Positions 19,460 to 30,532 of a stretch of DNA of 64,000 nucleotides are shown piece by piece (the stretch's first letter is position 1; each line of letters opens with the position of its first letter). Below the pieces are notes generated by a model. That model saw only the letters and a program-made list of their open reading frames with translations. It did not search any database and was not told the origin of the DNA. A program made the translations under genes and the position numbers. The DNA is from a plasmid: the sequence record NZ_LC532224.1; one strand, given 5' to 3'.

Positions 19460-19699
19460 TCAGTATTCCTCCTGAACCCCATTAGGCTCTGTTGTGATTT
19501 CATATTTAATTCCGCCAGGTGCTCCCACAGCGTCCGCGACCGACTCACACAGCAGCGAGAGATCGTTGAGGGTCATTGGGTGTTCAATGTCCAGCGTGAA
19601 GAGTTTCCCGGCTTGCTTGGCGGCTGTCTTGTCAGCATGTTCGGCATTAAAAAGGTATACGGTGTGTTTTTCCTGAGCGGGTGTATTTTGATTTTGCAT
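19460..19699 (-). CDS. Small protein (79 aa), paralogue of 10953..11177 and 10713..10913.
   Basis: Shares the conserved LDIEHPMTLNDLSLLCESVADAVGAPGG block. An operator motif lies about 135 bp upstream. Confidence 0.55.
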   Translation of the reverse strand: MQNQNTPAQEKHTVYLFNAEHADKTAAKQAGKLFTLDIEHPMTLNDLSLLCESVADAVGAPGGIKYEITTEPNGVQEEY

Positions 19700-19831
19700 T
19701 GATGATCCTTTTGTTTAGTTCCCCGATTCCGGGGGTGAGTGAATTAATTTAAATTTATATTCGTCTGGTTTAATTAGAACGTTTCCACGCTATGCGTAAA
19801 CAGGTAATGCAAGGGCTGTATCAACAGGATT

Positions 19832-19842
19832 AAAGTTACTTT
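19832..19842. promoter_or_regulatory. Palindromic operator-like motif AAAGTTACTTT (site 5).
   Basis: Exact 11-bp palindrome in an intergenic position. Confidence 0.6.
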
Positions 19843-19948
19843 TCTGGATGCAGCAACGCTTGGACATGATGTCCACATTACATCACGATCAAAGCTAAGT
19901 TTTTTTTGTATAACCCCTCCATTTTCGTGTGTTTCGCGTTTCAGACGC

Positions 19949-20920
19949 TTATACGACCTGCTTGACCATCCTCATCAGAAGGCGGTTTAACAGTCCTTTC
20001 GCTGTCGGGCGATTGCTATCGACATAGTAAAAACCTGTTTTGGTCGTACCGTGAGCACTGCTCAGCACCCTCAGTTCCCAGATAACGTCACGGATAACGC
20101 CGCCATTTTCTGGCTTAAGGCATTCAGATAAATGGCGCATGAAACGAGCTCTTACGGCACGGTAATAGCGGAACTCCTCTGGCTGGTTAGTATTTTCTTT
20201 CACCCGGAGTCGCTGGTTACACAGAGTTAGAACTGCATCCATCATTCCCGCCTTCAGCTTCGCCTGGATCGCACCTTGTTGCTGTTCCCTCTCACCTTCG
20301 AGTAACGTTAAAATTCTTTCTCCGAGTGCCGTCTTGTTGTGTACGTGCAACTGAACACAGGCAGCTACGCATGCCCAGAATCTGAACTTTTTTATCTGTC
20401 CACGCAATTTCCGGGCTACAACCTGACGGTATGCAGAATCACTGAGTATTTTAAAACGCCGACTGGCAACCAGCTCTGGAAGCGACACTCTGTCGCCTAT
20501 CCCCAGGCGGGAAAAGGTTTGTCCCCGTTGTGCGAGACGATGATAGACAGCGCCCTTGCCTTTTGAAATTCGGACCGCGCCATAACGAAGAAGATACTGA
20601 GCAGCAGTCGTTGGAGTAAACTCACCGTCAGCGATGCGCTGGCGTAACCCGTCGTATTCATGCCAGATAATCCAGGACGCCGTATCTTCTTCAACAGTCA
20701 GCTCATCCTCTTCCTCGAATGCCACGACGACAGAACTGCTCTCTCCGGTCTTTAGGCTACGTGAAGCCCTGGGGTCAGCCTGCCCGTCAAAATAGGTCAT
20801 CAGCGGCAACGTATCAGTCAGTCCATCATAAGCTGTACCGAACCGGCCTCCGGGCAGTTTCATCCAGAGTGGAGCTGGCATTGGTGTACGGGGCACAGGC
20901 TGCATGTCAGGCTCATCCAT
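19949..20920 (-). CDS. Hypothetical protein (about 324 aa, start MDEPDMQ), translationally coupled to the upstream 168-aa gene.
   Basis: Its ATG overlaps the upstream TGA (ATGGATGA). Arg-rich, possibly nucleic-acid-binding. Confidence 0.45.
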   Translation of the reverse strand: MDEPDMQPVPRTPMPAPLWMKLPGGRFGTAYDGLTDTLPLMTYFDGQADPRASRSLKTGESSSVVVAFEEEDELTVEEDTASWIIWHEYDGLRQRIADGEFTPTTAAQYLLRYGAVRISKGKGAVYHRLAQRGQTFSRLGIGDRVSLPELVASRRFKILSDSAYRQVVARKLRGQIKKFRFWACVAACVQLHVHNKTALGERILTLLEGEREQQQGAIQAKLKAGMMDAVLTLCNQRLRVKENTNQPEEFRYYRAVRARFMRHLSECLKPENGGVIRDVIWELRVLSSAHGTTKTGFYYVDSNRPTAKGLLNRLLMRMVKQVV

Positions 20921-21419
20921 CCTCAAGAAGGTCCAGATCGGCCTCTTCCCAGACCCTGCGATAGATCTCAATTGCCCGAAACGGGCGAGGGTTGAAACAG
21001 TGCAACGACCAGAGGAAATCAACGTGGATCACGTTTGCTTCCTGTACAAGCCGAAATTGTGGCTCAGCCATACGACGGTTATAAGCCGTATCGTCAACCT
21101 CGCCGGAAAGTAGCTTTCTGCGATGCTCTGCCGCACGTCTTGCTTCAACATAATCAAGGCTGCAACAGGCATGAAAAAGACGTTCAGTCAGGGACGAAGA
21201 AAAGATATTGGGTTGAAGACGCACATATCCGCCTTCGAACACTTTACGACCGATATAATCCCGCAGGCTCCAGTCGTACTGGATCTTAGAAAGAAATCGC
21301 TGAAGACGACTCAGGCCAGCCTGATAACCGTATTTCTCCGGGTCAGTTCGAAGGAGCGTTTCCATTGAATGGTCAACCCCTACTGCTGTGCAAAAGGAGC
21401 ACCCTATAATTCTGATCAT
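20913..21419 (-). CDS. Hypothetical protein (168 aa).
   Basis: ORF, first gene of a coupled pair. Confidence 0.45.
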   Translation of the reverse strand: MIRIIGCSFCTAVGVDHSMETLLRTDPEKYGYQAGLSRLQRFLSKIQYDWSLRDYIGRKVFEGGYVRLQPNIFSSSLTERLFHACCSLDYVEARRAAEHRRKLLSGEVDDTAYNRRMAEPQFRLVQEANVIHVDFLWSLHCFNPRPFRAIEIYRRVWEEADLDLLEDG

Positions 21420-21518
21420 TTAGAAATTTTTTTGCGTTTAAAATCAATGAATTGAAAGATTTCATTTTTCTAAGTCTGATAAAACAGATGAAAACCCAAC
21501 TGACTATACTCATAAAAC

Positions 21519-21848
21519 TCAATCTTTGCGCTGCTGTACGATACCAGTAATTACAGGCGCCGAGTTTAACATCATGAAAAGTAGCCCAATAATGAATGAC
21601 GCAACGCCAGCTGCGGTGCCTAACTTCTGACTGAACACCATTGAAACAAAGTACATATTTGGGATAAAAACGGACATAGCAATCACGAAAAGTAACTTAT
21701 TCAGATAATTATTTATTCGGGTCTTAACCTCAACTCTATCATAAAAAGCCATCGAAACGTAAGCAGTTATCAGTGAATAAAAAGACCATGTCATATAGTT
21801 AACCGATTCATTAAATGCCTCTCGCAAAAGCAAAGCACTTTCTGTCAT
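21519..21848 (-). CDS. Small membrane protein (109 aa).
   Basis: Three hydrophobic helices. Confidence 0.45.
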   Translation of the reverse strand: MTESALLLREAFNESVNYMTWSFYSLITAYVSMAFYDRVEVKTRINNYLNKLLFVIAMSVFIPNMYFVSMVFSQKLGTAAGVASFIIGLLFMMLNSAPVITGIVQQRKD

Positions 21849-22052
21849 TCCCTACCTCATTAAATCAATAGAAAATAAATCTGAATAATTTATTTTTAAA
21901 AGAAAAGAACACAACATAACTTCAGTAGTTATGATTAATCCCTGAATGATTATTTCTTAGCAAGATATAACATGCTTAATGTATATCAGGCAATAAAAAA
22001 ACTCCCAAAGACCACCGCTGTGGTCTTCAGGTATAGGATTTAAAGAACGAAC

Positions 22053-24861
22053 TCAGTCCGGAAACGTATCACTATCTTCTGTAACGTCCGCTTTCTCTGG
22101 TAACATTCTGTTTTTAATATACTGTGAATTCCTGCAGATGAGAGGAAAAATCTCCGAGTTATTCATTATACAACTCGTTGCCGTACGGGCGTCCTCCGGA
22201 GACCATGATGAAAATGAAAACGTCTGACGGTCAAGCCATTGAGACAATAATACATTATCAACAGAAGCGCTAAACAGCGCCGCAATAGCCCTGCGTTCAA
22301 CGGCCTTCTCAGGTTCAATAAACGACAACTCATTATGAAAACGGGTAATAATCGCAATACGGCTGTCAATACGAATATGTCTTTCAAGTAAGACATCGTG
22401 CAACTCATCAAGTACAGTCTCTCTCTGGGTATCGTCGAGGCAAGACCACAGGAAATGAATGTTCTCGGCATTTGTGACAACGTCTGGCTCTGCATCACGG
22501 AACCATGATGCAAAGATACCCACACTACCTTCCATCCGGATATGCTGCCCCTGAAGTTGCATTTGTTCAAGGATAAAGCGCATGTTCACAGGAAGAACCG
22601 TAAAACACTCAATAAGCCTTTCAGAAGAACTAAATACTCCACATGCCAGGGCGTTCAGCTTTTTCTTCAAAATATCAAACTGCTCACCTGACTGATATAC
22701 GTCATGGAGAAATACTGGACCCATAGCATTCACATCAGACTCAATTATTTTCTCTGACAGTGCTTTTTGACGCTCTCGCACAAATATTAAAAGAGAGGTT
22801 GCATTTGTAGCTTCTTTGATGACGTCATACTGACCTTTAACAAAGCTCAGGACAGGTATATTCACCAGAAGACCTAAATCAACAATCCTGCCAACAGCAT
22901 TTTTGATGTACGGCAGAACATTTTTATCCTTAAGTGCTATAAAGATACTCTCGGCAGTACGTAGATAACGAAGATATGCAGCCAAAGCCAGGTCAAACCG
23001 TTCCTCACCAATATGTTCACTGTACGACTCGATACCGGCATAGTTACCATGGAGCACCATGTGAGCAACAGCCTGTGCAGCAAATTCCGCAGGGAAGAGA
23101 TTCCTCGTCGCCGTATTATTAAGATAATATTGATTTAAAACATTATTATTCCAGTCCGGGCTCAGAACAATTTTTCTGAAATGGATAACGTCCTCAACAA
23201 CCTGACGATTTTTAAGCGTCATTATTGCAGAGCTAACCTGAGCCCCACCTGTACCATCATTCTTTCCAATTACGTTCTGTACCGCCTTCGATGCAATATT
23301 GATATGCCGGATAATTCCCGGATTAAAAAGGTCTATCTGAGGTTGCTCAGCTCCATAGCGTAACATCTCCTCCCGACCGTGATTTCCGATATCTAGTGTG
23401 CCAATTTTCAGGTTTGACAAGGTCTCTTCATTATTGACAAGGTATTCCACATAAAATACGCCATCTACAAAATTCTCCATTTTATTCAGTAGTGATTCAC
23501 CGGCCAGAACAGAGTATGAATCAGCTTCCTGCAGCAACGTCTGCGTGGATTCAGCCTCCAATTTTTCTGAATCCTGAATTTCATCAAGTTTACTCACAAT
23601 AAACGATATTTGCCTTTCGACGAAAGGCTCTAGGCTTATCCGCCCGTCAGCCATCAGTTTCTGCAGACTCAATACGAAACCTTCATCATTCTTTTCTCTG
23701 AGTGAAACAGCATAACTCTGATTCAGCATTTGCACTGCGACTTTGAGTTGCGGTTCGGCGAGAGCCTGACACTTCTCATCCATCCGGCTATAAGAAACCA
23801 GCCAGTCTCGCATCTGAATATGTGGTGCCACTCGCTGCCATGCTTCAGCGAAACCCCACAAGGCCGTCAGTTCTTCAAGCCGTGGGATATTTATAGCACC
23901 AATCGCGTCTTTAAGAGGCGTATCAAGCAACTCGCTCCTGGCAAGCTCCACCGTGGACTGATAGTGGATGCTCATCAGAAATTCGCTCCATCTTTCTGTA
24001 TCGTTATTAAAAATTCGGGATATTTGTTGATAAGTTAGCGAGAGCATCTCGTCAAAATCATCCGGAGCAATACCGGGTTCGGTCTGACTAGCTTTGGGAT
24101 CGCGAAGTAATACTTTAATATCTCGCTCCCCGTATCTGACCACCAGTAAGTAGAGAGCAATAAGAATATGGCGATGATCTTCTGTTGCAGGAACGGTAAG
24201 GTTCAGAATATGAATATCATTAACAAACTTCTTCATTAATCGCGGTGTGATACGAGGATACTCAGAGGGTTTCCAGCGCTCAAGCAACACCGTTGCTTCC
24301 CGGCACGCTATCCCTGCATCCTCATTTACTGTTTCTTTCCAGTACTGCCTTAACGCTTCCTGCCATCCTGCCGAAATAAGAGGAGGAACCTGAAAACTTA
24401 CAGGAATCCGCTTTGCAATAAACTCACGCCCGCTGAAACCCGCCACAGAAAGTGAGGCTGAAACCTGTCTTGCCGAATAGGGCACCACTATCCTGAAGTG
24501 TTCATGAGTGGCTCCGGCAATAAGCTCCATATCACTCCAGAGCTCTTTCACTTTGTCTGCACTGATTCGGTCCAGATTATCAATGATAAGGATGAAGCGA
24601 TCTCCATGGGAAATGACCTCTTTGGAGGTAAATCCCTGCAGAGCTTCAGCCAGCTCAATAGCTCCGACCTCCTTATTAACTAGCCAAGTCTCTTCAATCC
24701 TGTCAGTACTGTTGCGTTTGAACAAATCACCAATACTCGAATACCCTTTCTTTCTGTACCATTCCATGTTCTGCAGGCATGCCAGTCCTGCGACCATAAT
24801 GGCAGGAGAAAGAAACGCGGCCACCTCAACATAAAAAAGCCACCCTAATAATGACTCCTTG
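22053..24861 (-). pseudogene. KAP-family P-loop NTPase, C-terminal part (about 935 codons). Its reading frame is interrupted by IS3.
   Basis: The FILIIDNLDRISADKVKELW (DxxDR) box and the intra-NTPase TM insertion are KAP hallmarks. The frame continues in-frame across the IS into 26106..26575. Confidence 0.7.
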
Positions 24862-24891
24862 TGATCCTACCCACGTAATGTGGACACGGCC

Positions 24892-25746
24892 CTAAGCGAG
24901 GTTCTGGTTTTCAAATTGTTCGGGACTGAGTCCGCCACAGGCACTGTGTCGGCGCCACCGATTGTAATCACACTCGATATAATTAAACACCGTCATCCGC
25001 ATGATTTCCCGGCTGATAAGGCGTTCCCCGTGGATACATTCCACCTTCAGCGAGTGGAAGAAGCTTTCCGCGCAGGCATTGTCGTAACAACATCCTTTGG
25101 CACTCATGCTACCGTGCAGATTATGCCGCTTCAGTAACGCCAGATAGTCTGCCGAACAGTACTGCCCGCCTCTGTCCGTATGCACGATGACATTTTCCGG
25201 GCGCTTACGTCGCCAGAGTGCCATCTGTAGCGCATCGCAGGCCAGCTGCGCTGTCATCCGCGACGACATCGACCAGCCGATGACAGCACGGGACCACAGG
25301 TCAATGACCACCGCCAGGTACAACCAGCCTTCGTCCGTGCGCAAGTACGTGATGTCACCCGCCCACTTCTGATTCGGGCCACTCGCGTAAAAATCCTGTT
25401 TCAGCAGATTTTCAGACACCGGCAGGCCATGTTCGCGGTATCGGACCGGGCTGAACTTCCGGGCCGCTTTTGCGCGAAGCCCCTGACGCCGCAGGCTGGC
25501 GGCAATGGTTTTGACGTTGTACTCAGGCAGTTCGTCAGCGAGACGAGGCGCACCATAACGCTGTTTTGCCTCAGTGAATGCCTGACGGACAGCAGTATCA
25601 CAGACGAGCCGGAACTGCTGACGTGGTGTTATCTGCTGACGACGCAGACGCCACGCATACCAGCCGCTACGGGCGACCCGCAGTACCCGGCATATGGCTT
25701 TGACGCTGAACTCAGCCCGATGTTTTTCAATAAAGACATACTTCAT
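24892..25746 (-). CDS. insF: IS3 OrfB (DDE integrase domain), expressed by a -1 frameshift with OrfA.
   Basis: [33 protein letters not shown]… is the IS3-family catalytic core. Confidence 0.9.
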   Translation of the reverse strand: MKYVFIEKHRAEFSVKAICRVLRVARSGWYAWRLRRQQITPRQQFRLVCDTAVRQAFTEAKQRYGAPRLADELPEYNVKTIAASLRRQGLRAKAARKFSPVRYREHGLPVSENLLKQDFYASGPNQKWAGDITYLRTDEGWLYLAVVIDLWSRAVIGWSMSSRMTAQLACDALQMALWRRKRPENVIVHTDRGGQYCSADYLALLKRHNLHGSMSAKGCCYDNACAESFFHSLKVECIHGERLISREIMRMTVFNYIECDYNRWRRHSACGGLSPEQFENQNLA

Positions 25747-26042
25747 TTCAGGCGCTTCGCGAAGTATGTCGCGGCCTTTTGGAGAATGGCCAGCTCCTCT
25801 GCCTGTTCCGCCAGTTGGCGCTTAAGACGGGCAATTTCAACGGACATTTCCTGCTCACGTTCGGAAGAGCTGCGGGCATTGTTAATCTTACTGCGCCATG
25901 CGTAGAGCTGGGATTCGTACAGGCTGAGTTCCCGGGCAGCGGCAGCAACACCGATACGTTCCGCAAGCTTCAGGGCTTCGTTGCGGAATTCAGGCGTGTA
26001 CTGTTTGCGGGGCTTCTTACTGGTTGATGCTGGTTTTGTCAT
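25743..26042 (-). CDS. insE: IS3 OrfA (HTH).
   Basis: [52 protein letters not shown]… is near-identical to IS3 OrfA. Confidence 0.9.
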   Translation of the reverse strand: MTKPASTSKKPRKQYTPEFRNEALKLAERIGVAAAARELSLYESQLYAWRSKINNARSSSEREQEMSVEIARLKRQLAEQAEELAILQKAATYFAKRLK

Positions 26043-26105
26043 GAGTCACCTCTGGTTAAGAGTTTACTCACTTAGTCGTGTGTCCACTATTCGTGGGTAA
26101 GATCA

Positions 26106-26575
26106 TTGTTAGTAAAATATTGATTAAGGTCTGTTAGCACATAACGAAGCATCTGCACGGAAAGCAATGACAGTAAAATAAAAACGACGGTCAACCAGCT
26201 TAGCCTGCTGCTGACCCTCTTGTCGTATTCAACGATGTTACCCAGAGCCAGATTTTTATACTTATCCAACACATCCCGGGAGCCCGGACATTGTAGGCTG
26301 ACCCCGTGGTGGATGACATCGATAAGCGCTTTTTTAGTTGAGCCATGATGGTAACGTTCTGCATCAAAGTTAATGAACGTAAAATCATCTTTAAGCTTTT
26401 TCTGCAGGAACTTCAATATTGTTGACTTACCTGAACCCAGCTCACCTTCCAGACCAATAATATTGACATCAGGTGTCCTGATGATCTGAGCCACATTCTC
26501 TGCAACTTTTTCATGACTGCTGCCTCTAAACATATCCTGGTCAGCGGGTGATTCCGTCTGCAATCGTAGAGTCAT
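26106..26575 (-). pseudogene. KAP-family NTPase, N-terminal part with the Walker A motif.
   Basis: IGLEGELGSGKST matches the KAP P-loop consensus GxEGxWGxGKS. The codon phase matches the downstream part once IS3 and one TTG copy are removed. Confidence 0.7.
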
Positions 26576-27433
26576 TCAGCAATTTCCTTCGTTATAACGT
26601 AAGATTCTTTCACTATTAGACACAGTACAGAGCCCACAGCAACCAAATGACTGCAGCCGGGGCAGTTTAGTTTTAAGCATGCATAAGCCGATTTCGATGG
26701 AATCCCTTTCACACAATAATATTGAATTGAAGCAATGAAAACATTAATGTGTTTGTTGTGACTAGCTGCAGGGGCCTGGAAGAAATTCCAAAGCCTGACA
26801 AACCGGAACAGGGCTTGCTCTGCTCCGGTTTTATCCAGTTCATCTTGAAGCCCTTGTTTTTGTTACATATCCCTGCTCACTCTTTCAGCCATTGTTAAGC
26901 TTCTTGTGTGTAATCTGCGAATAATACGGATGCAAAATTGATGCAATGGATTATACATACCTACAGCGCACGTTACGCTGAGCTGAATCGAATTTCAGAG
27001 AACGTTCTTCGCTATTACCCTGCCCAGCCAGTTGAACACATTTTATCATCCGGCCCCGAGAGTGACATGTTCTCTGCCTGGTACAGCCTTCATCAGAGTC
27101 AAACTAGACGTTATTTACAGGCAAAAGAAGACAGCTACAGAGTTTAAGTCTGACATTATTCGTGGCTGTGTCTGCCTTCGGAGTTTTCAGCTTATCCCGA
27201 TAACAGCGGTTTTGAAAAATTGACGTTTTTTACACCGGTACATTGCCCGAACGCAATCTCCCCCGTAGCGAAATACCGCCCCGCAGAAAATCGTCCATGC
27301 TCGGCATGCCCCTGGAACATCAGCATCTTTTCAATAAAGGTTTTACAGCCTATAGTCTGTATAACACAAAATACACCTTACCTGCTGTATTACAGGGCGG
27401 TACTCCCTACTCAGTCTGCGAGGCAGGTCACTT

Positions 27434-27730
27434 ATGAATAATCAGTTCCCGATAAAAACGCTGAACCAGCTCAGACCTGTGCTAATCGGGTTTCGCAAAA
27501 TCAAGGGCTTCACGCAAAAAGATGTGTCTGAGAGGCTTGGCGTAACGCAGCAAACCTATGCCCGCCTGGAAGCAAACCCTGCTAGCGCCAGTATTGATCG
27601 TCTGTACAAGGTATTCAGTATTCTGGGCGTAGAAATAACGCTGTCATCTATTTCCCCTTCACCCTTCATTTCCCACACAGAGATGAGGGGGGCATTTGAC
27701 AGCACTCCCGCCAGACGGGAGAAATGGTGA
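27434..27730 (+). CDS. hipB: HipB-like XRE-family HTH antitoxin. It is orphaned: no hipA follows.
   Basis: 98-aa HTH protein with a HipB-like layout and a C-terminal Trp (…REKW). Confidence 0.55.
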   Translation: MNNQFPIKTLNQLRPVLIGFRKIKGFTQKDVSERLGVTQQTYARLEANPASASIDRLYKVFSILGVEITLSSISPSPFISHTEMRGAFDSTPARREKW

Positions 27731-28153
27731 CTATTAGAAGTTTGCTAGTTTTGTCGAATGACGCCAACTACATGTCCGCATCCATCGAGTAGTGGCTTCA
27801 AGCCACGATTGTCACTGCCTCCGCTGCCTTTTTCCAGTAACTCTCTCCTTTTAATTCTAATATTTAGGGGTGTCAACGCAAAGCAGAAACGGCACCTTCT
27901 TTGCGAGACAGAAATGACCTGTGATTGCCTGGCCGATTTATGGCAGCTAAGTGCGAGAAGCGGATATAGCGAATTCGCCATTGTACGGGATTAGCAGGTT
28001 TACTGAAGCAACCTGCGATGGCGTTATGGCAATAGTCAGTCCCCTGTCCAGTCGGCATAGGTGGCCACCTCGTCACCGCCGGGGATAAACTGATTGAAGC
28101 CTCCGCGCAAAATCACTTATTCTTTTCCGTTAATAAAATGCAGGAGCAAAGTC

Positions 28154-28810
28154 ATGACTGGCGAAATTCGTGGGCGAGGCAGGCCACGAAAAACAGAGAG
28201 TACCTATACAGATACCCGTAATGACCTGATCCGAAGCGGGCTTGAACTGCTCACGCAGAATGGTTTTCTTTCAACGGGAGTCGATGCCATTGTCAAAAAT
28301 GCCAGTGTTCCTAAAGGCTCATTTTATTACTATTTCAAGAGCAAAGAAGAGTATGCCCAGACTGTTCTGAGCGCCTATGACAGTTTCTTTGTGCATAAAC
28401 TCCAAAAACATCTGTATGAATCATCCTTCACACCAATGATGCGTCTGGAAAATTTCATCGACGATGCCTGCGACGGCATTAAAAAGTACAATTTCACCCG
28501 GGGCTGTCTGGTTGGCAATATGATGCAGGAGAGTCCGGGTCTTCCACTGTCCTTTATCAAACAGCTCCACGAAATACTTGAGCGCTGGCAGGCGCTTGTG
28601 GCGTGCTGTCTGTCCGACGCGTTATCTTCGGGCGAAATCCGTTCCGATATGAATAATACGCAACTGGCGGCCATTTTCTGGAGCAGTTGGGAGGGTGCCG
28701 TAATGCGTGCCAAACTTTATTGCTCAACCCAGCCTGTGTACGACTTCTGGAGCTATTTCAAAAAGTCAGTACGCTATCAGCCCTCTAAGGACACGGCTGT
28801 TGAAAAGTAA
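28154..28810 (+). CDS. TetR/AcrR-family transcriptional regulator.
   Basis: The N-terminal HTH (RNDLIRSGLELLTQNGFLSTGVDAIVKNASVPKGSFYYYFKSKEE) is the TetR signature. RBS before the internal ATG. Confidence 0.75.
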   Translation: MTGEIRGRGRPRKTESTYTDTRNDLIRSGLELLTQNGFLSTGVDAIVKNASVPKGSFYYYFKSKEEYAQTVLSAYDSFFVHKLQKHLYESSFTPMMRLENFIDDACDGIKKYNFTRGCLVGNMMQESPGLPLSFIKQLHEILERWQALVACCLSDALSSGEIRSDMNNTQLAAIFWSSWEGAVMRAKLYCSTQPVYDFWSYFKKSVRYQPSKDTAVEK

Positions 28811-28872
28811 AAAAGGGGCCGCAGCCCCTGATAATAATTATCAAACCCAGGCTGAGCCTGGCTTCCACTTCA

Positions 28873-29862
28873 TTAGCTACACTGAATTACTGCCCGGCCA
28901 CGAATTCCGCCACTCAGAAGTTTTTCGGCCACATTGATGGCATCACTCAGCGGATAAACGGTGGTCAGGCTATCCAGTCTGGACTCCGGTAAATACTGTA
29001 CCGCCTGCTGCCAGATCGCCGCTCTTTTTTCCTTCGCGAACATGACACTGTCAATCCCTTTCAGCGTGACGCCACGCAGGATAAACGGAGCCACATTCCC
29101 CATTAGTTCCATCCCCTGTGCCATGCCGCAGGCTGCAACAATACTGCCATAACGCACCCCGGCGCATACATTGCAGAGCGTATGGCTACCGACTGTATCA
29201 ATGGCGGCAGCCCAGCGTTCTTTCTGTAACGGTTTTCCGGGACAGGAGAGCTCGGAACGGTTAATAATCTCGTCCACACCGACCGTTTTATAGAGCCAGG
29301 CAGCCTCTTCCGGGCGTCCAGTAGACGCCGTAACGCGGTACCCCATTGATGCAAGGATCATGGCCGCAATGCTCCCGACGCCGCCGCTGGCACCGGTAAC
29401 AAGTACCGGACCATCTTCAGGCTTAATACCATGATTCAGAAGTGCGTCTACGCACAGCATCGCGGTAAACCCAGCTGTTCCGATTGCCATTACGTGTTTG
29501 CCGTTAGCGCCAGCCGGGAGCGGCGTCAGCCAGTCTCCATTTACCCGTGCTTTTTCGGATAGTCCGCCCCAGTGTTTTTCCCCAACACCCCAGCCGGTCA
29601 GGAGAACCTTATCTCCGGCCTGATATTCGGGATGTGAACTGGCGGACACTGTACCGGTAAAATCAATGCCGGGCACCATGGGAAAGCGTCGGACGATTGG
29701 GCCCCGGCCCGTAATGGCCAGTGCGTCTTTGTAGTTGATGGATGAATAGTCAACATTGACCTCCACATCCCCCTGCGGTAGTTCACTTTCAGCGATTTCA
29801 GCAAGTTGCGCACTATAGCGTCCATCTGTTTTGTTGATTAATAAAGATTTAAACACGTTCAC
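28873..29862 (-). CDS. acuI: YhdH/AcuI-family NADPH-dependent quinone oxidoreductase / acrylyl-CoA reductase (MDR superfamily).
   Basis: 329 aa with the VLVTGASGGVGS nucleotide-binding motif and MDR fold. Confidence 0.75.
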   Translation of the reverse strand: MNVFKSLLINKTDGRYSAQLAEIAESELPQGDVEVNVDYSSINYKDALAITGRGPIVRRFPMVPGIDFTGTVSASSHPEYQAGDKVLLTGWGVGEKHWGGLSEKARVNGDWLTPLPAGANGKHVMAIGTAGFTAMLCVDALLNHGIKPEDGPVLVTGASGGVGSIAAMILASMGYRVTASTGRPEEAAWLYKTVGVDEIINRSELSCPGKPLQKERWAAAIDTVGSHTLCNVCAGVRYGSIVAACGMAQGMELMGNVAPFILRGVTLKGIDSVMFAKEKRAAIWQQAVQYLPESRLDSLTTVYPLSDAINVAEKLLSGGIRGRAVIQCS

Positions 29863-30256
29863 CTCGTTTGTCCGGGCGTTTACCGTTCAGTCATTAAGTC
29901 GTCAATAAATAATATTGACCGATCGTCTAATAATCAACACTACTATCCCAGTGCTTTGCCAGCATTCAAGAAACATTATTCATTTCATGCACTTAAAGCT
30001 GTCTTTTTTGACCGACATCAAACTGTATTCTGGTTTATCTGGTGCAGAGGGAAAATCAGCATCCCTGAAGATACATAGCTAATGCTTCAGAACACGGCTG
30101 ATGATGCGATAAAACAACCAGGCTTTAATGAGTTAGTCTGAGCGGACCTTCGGCTCAGTAAATAGGTCCGCTCCGTGCCAAGAGCAGACGCTGGTAATTC
30201 GGGTAATGGTGCCAACTTACTGATTTAGTGTATGATGGTGTTTTTGAGGTGCTCCA

Positions 30257-30532
30257 GTGGCTTCTGTTTCTATCAGCTGTCCCTCCTGTTCAGCTACTGA
30301 AGGCGTGGTGCGTAACGGTAAAAGTACTGCCGGACATCAGCGCTATCTCTGCTCTCACTGCCGTAAAACATGGCAGCTACAGTTCACTTACACCGTCTCT
30401 CAGCCCGGTACACACCAGAAAATTATTGATATGGCCATGAATGGCGTCGGATGTCGCGCCAGTGCACGCATTATGGGCGTTGGCCTCAACACGATTTTAC
30501 GACACTTAAAAAACTCAGGCCGCAGTCGGTAA
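30257..30532 (+). CDS. insA: IS1 InsA.
   Basis: (M)[42 protein letters not shown]…. Confidence 0.9.
   Translation: MASVSISCPSCSATEGVVRNGKSTAGHQRYLCSHCRKTWQLQFTYTVSQPGTHQKIIDMAMNGVGCRASARIMGVGLNTILRHLKNSGRSR

Larger units (their letters stand above)
24862..26105 (-). mobile_element. IS3 (IS3 family, IS3 group) inserted in the KAP NTPase gene. The 3-bp TTG target duplication is intact.
   Basis: Terminal inverted repeats TGATCCTACCCACGTAATGTGGACACGG… and …GTGTCCACTATTCGTGGGTAAGATCA. TTG sits at 24859-24861 and 26106-26108. Confidence 0.9.

Noticed and set aside
19949-21419. Apparent frameshifted single gene (ORFs 20913..21419 and 19949..21022 overlap by 110 nt in different frames).
   Set aside because: An in-frame ATG at 20920 overlaps the upstream TGA (ATGGATGA). 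Two translationally coupled genes explain the layout without invoking a mutation.
28094-28153. Longer TetR start at 28094 (MKPPRKITYSF…).
   Set aside because: The HTH begins right after the internal Met at 28154, which has a proper RBS. The extension has none.
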